Positions 47,769-47,999 of a stretch of 47,999 nt of DNA are shown piece by piece. How positions within the stretch are numbered: the stretch's first letter is position 1; each line of letters begins with the position of its first letter. Where the stretch lies: NCBI GenBank assembly GCA_048887225.1, contig JBHLJY010000018.1, positions 1 through 47,999 of the forward strand. Direction: 5' to 3'. This DNA is from Candidatus Hodarchaeota archaeon (GTDB taxonomy: Archaea > Asgardarchaeota > Lokiarchaeia > Sigyniarchaeales > SOKP01). The translations under genes were made by a program, and so were the position numbers. The notes under the pieces were generated by a model that worked only from the letters and a program-made list of their open reading frames with translations, was not told the DNA's origin and ran no database searches.

Positions 47769-47812
47769 TTTGAATGATATCTTTTAAAAAATGTTAGTAA
47801 AAGATTGACAAA
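47769..47812 (+). promoter_or_regulatory. Eukaryote-like SECIS element in the 3' UTR
   Basis: TTTG-A-ATGAT-ATCTTTTA-(AAAAATGTTAG)-TAAAAGAT-TGA-CAAA: AUGA/GA core, 8-bp upper helix, A-rich loop. Confidence 0.75.
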
Positions 47813-47999
47813 AGGATCGCATCCTATTAAAACTTTTAACAAAAAAAATTAAAAAAATCAAAAAGAAAAACTAAATATTAAATTAGGTTACTCTAAATGA
47901 ATGAATCTGAAATTGGAAAAAGTTCAGAAAGTAAAGATGTAGGAAGAAAAATTAGTTTTTTTGAGAAATTTCTTCCTGTATGGATTATATTATGCATGG

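Noticed and set aside
1-47999. CRISPR array, rRNA, IS or transposase
   Set aside because: No regularly spaced short repeats, no long GC-rich structural RNA and no transposase-like ORF were seen.

Overview
AT-rich, gene-dense archaeal DNA. The lineage is most likely Asgard (Lokiarchaeia/Promethearchaeota), inferred from intron-containing tRNAs, GGTGA/GGAGG ribosome-binding sites, roadblock-, longin-, SCP2- and small-GTPase-like genes, and a eukaryote-type SECIS. Contents in order: an inositol/sugar catabolic fragment (iolN, ketose 3-epimerase); two divergent tRNA genes (Arg-TCG, Asp-GTC), each with a non-canonical-position intron; housekeeping and metabolic genes (HtpX, acetyl-CoA hydrolase-GNAT, MutY, radical SAM, TatD, ADH-AOR, ThyA-like, MoaD); a ~7.8 kb tandem duplication of a four-gene cell-surface operon with mosaic divergence; two SEC59/phytol-kinase-like genes; Maf; a RimK-family ligase; an atypical small-GTPase cluster preceded by a gene split at an A_AAA_AAG site; and an ArsR/DUF1059/DUF166 locus. 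The strongest hidden signal is absent from the ORF track: an 85-aa AhpD/CMD-like protein (47488-47745) with an in-frame UGA in a CxxU motif, followed by a eukaryote-like AUGA/GA SECIS hairpin in its 3' UTR. This is a candidate selenoprotein in a putative ArsR-controlled metal(loid)/redox locus. All family assignments come from motif recognition by eye, not database searches.
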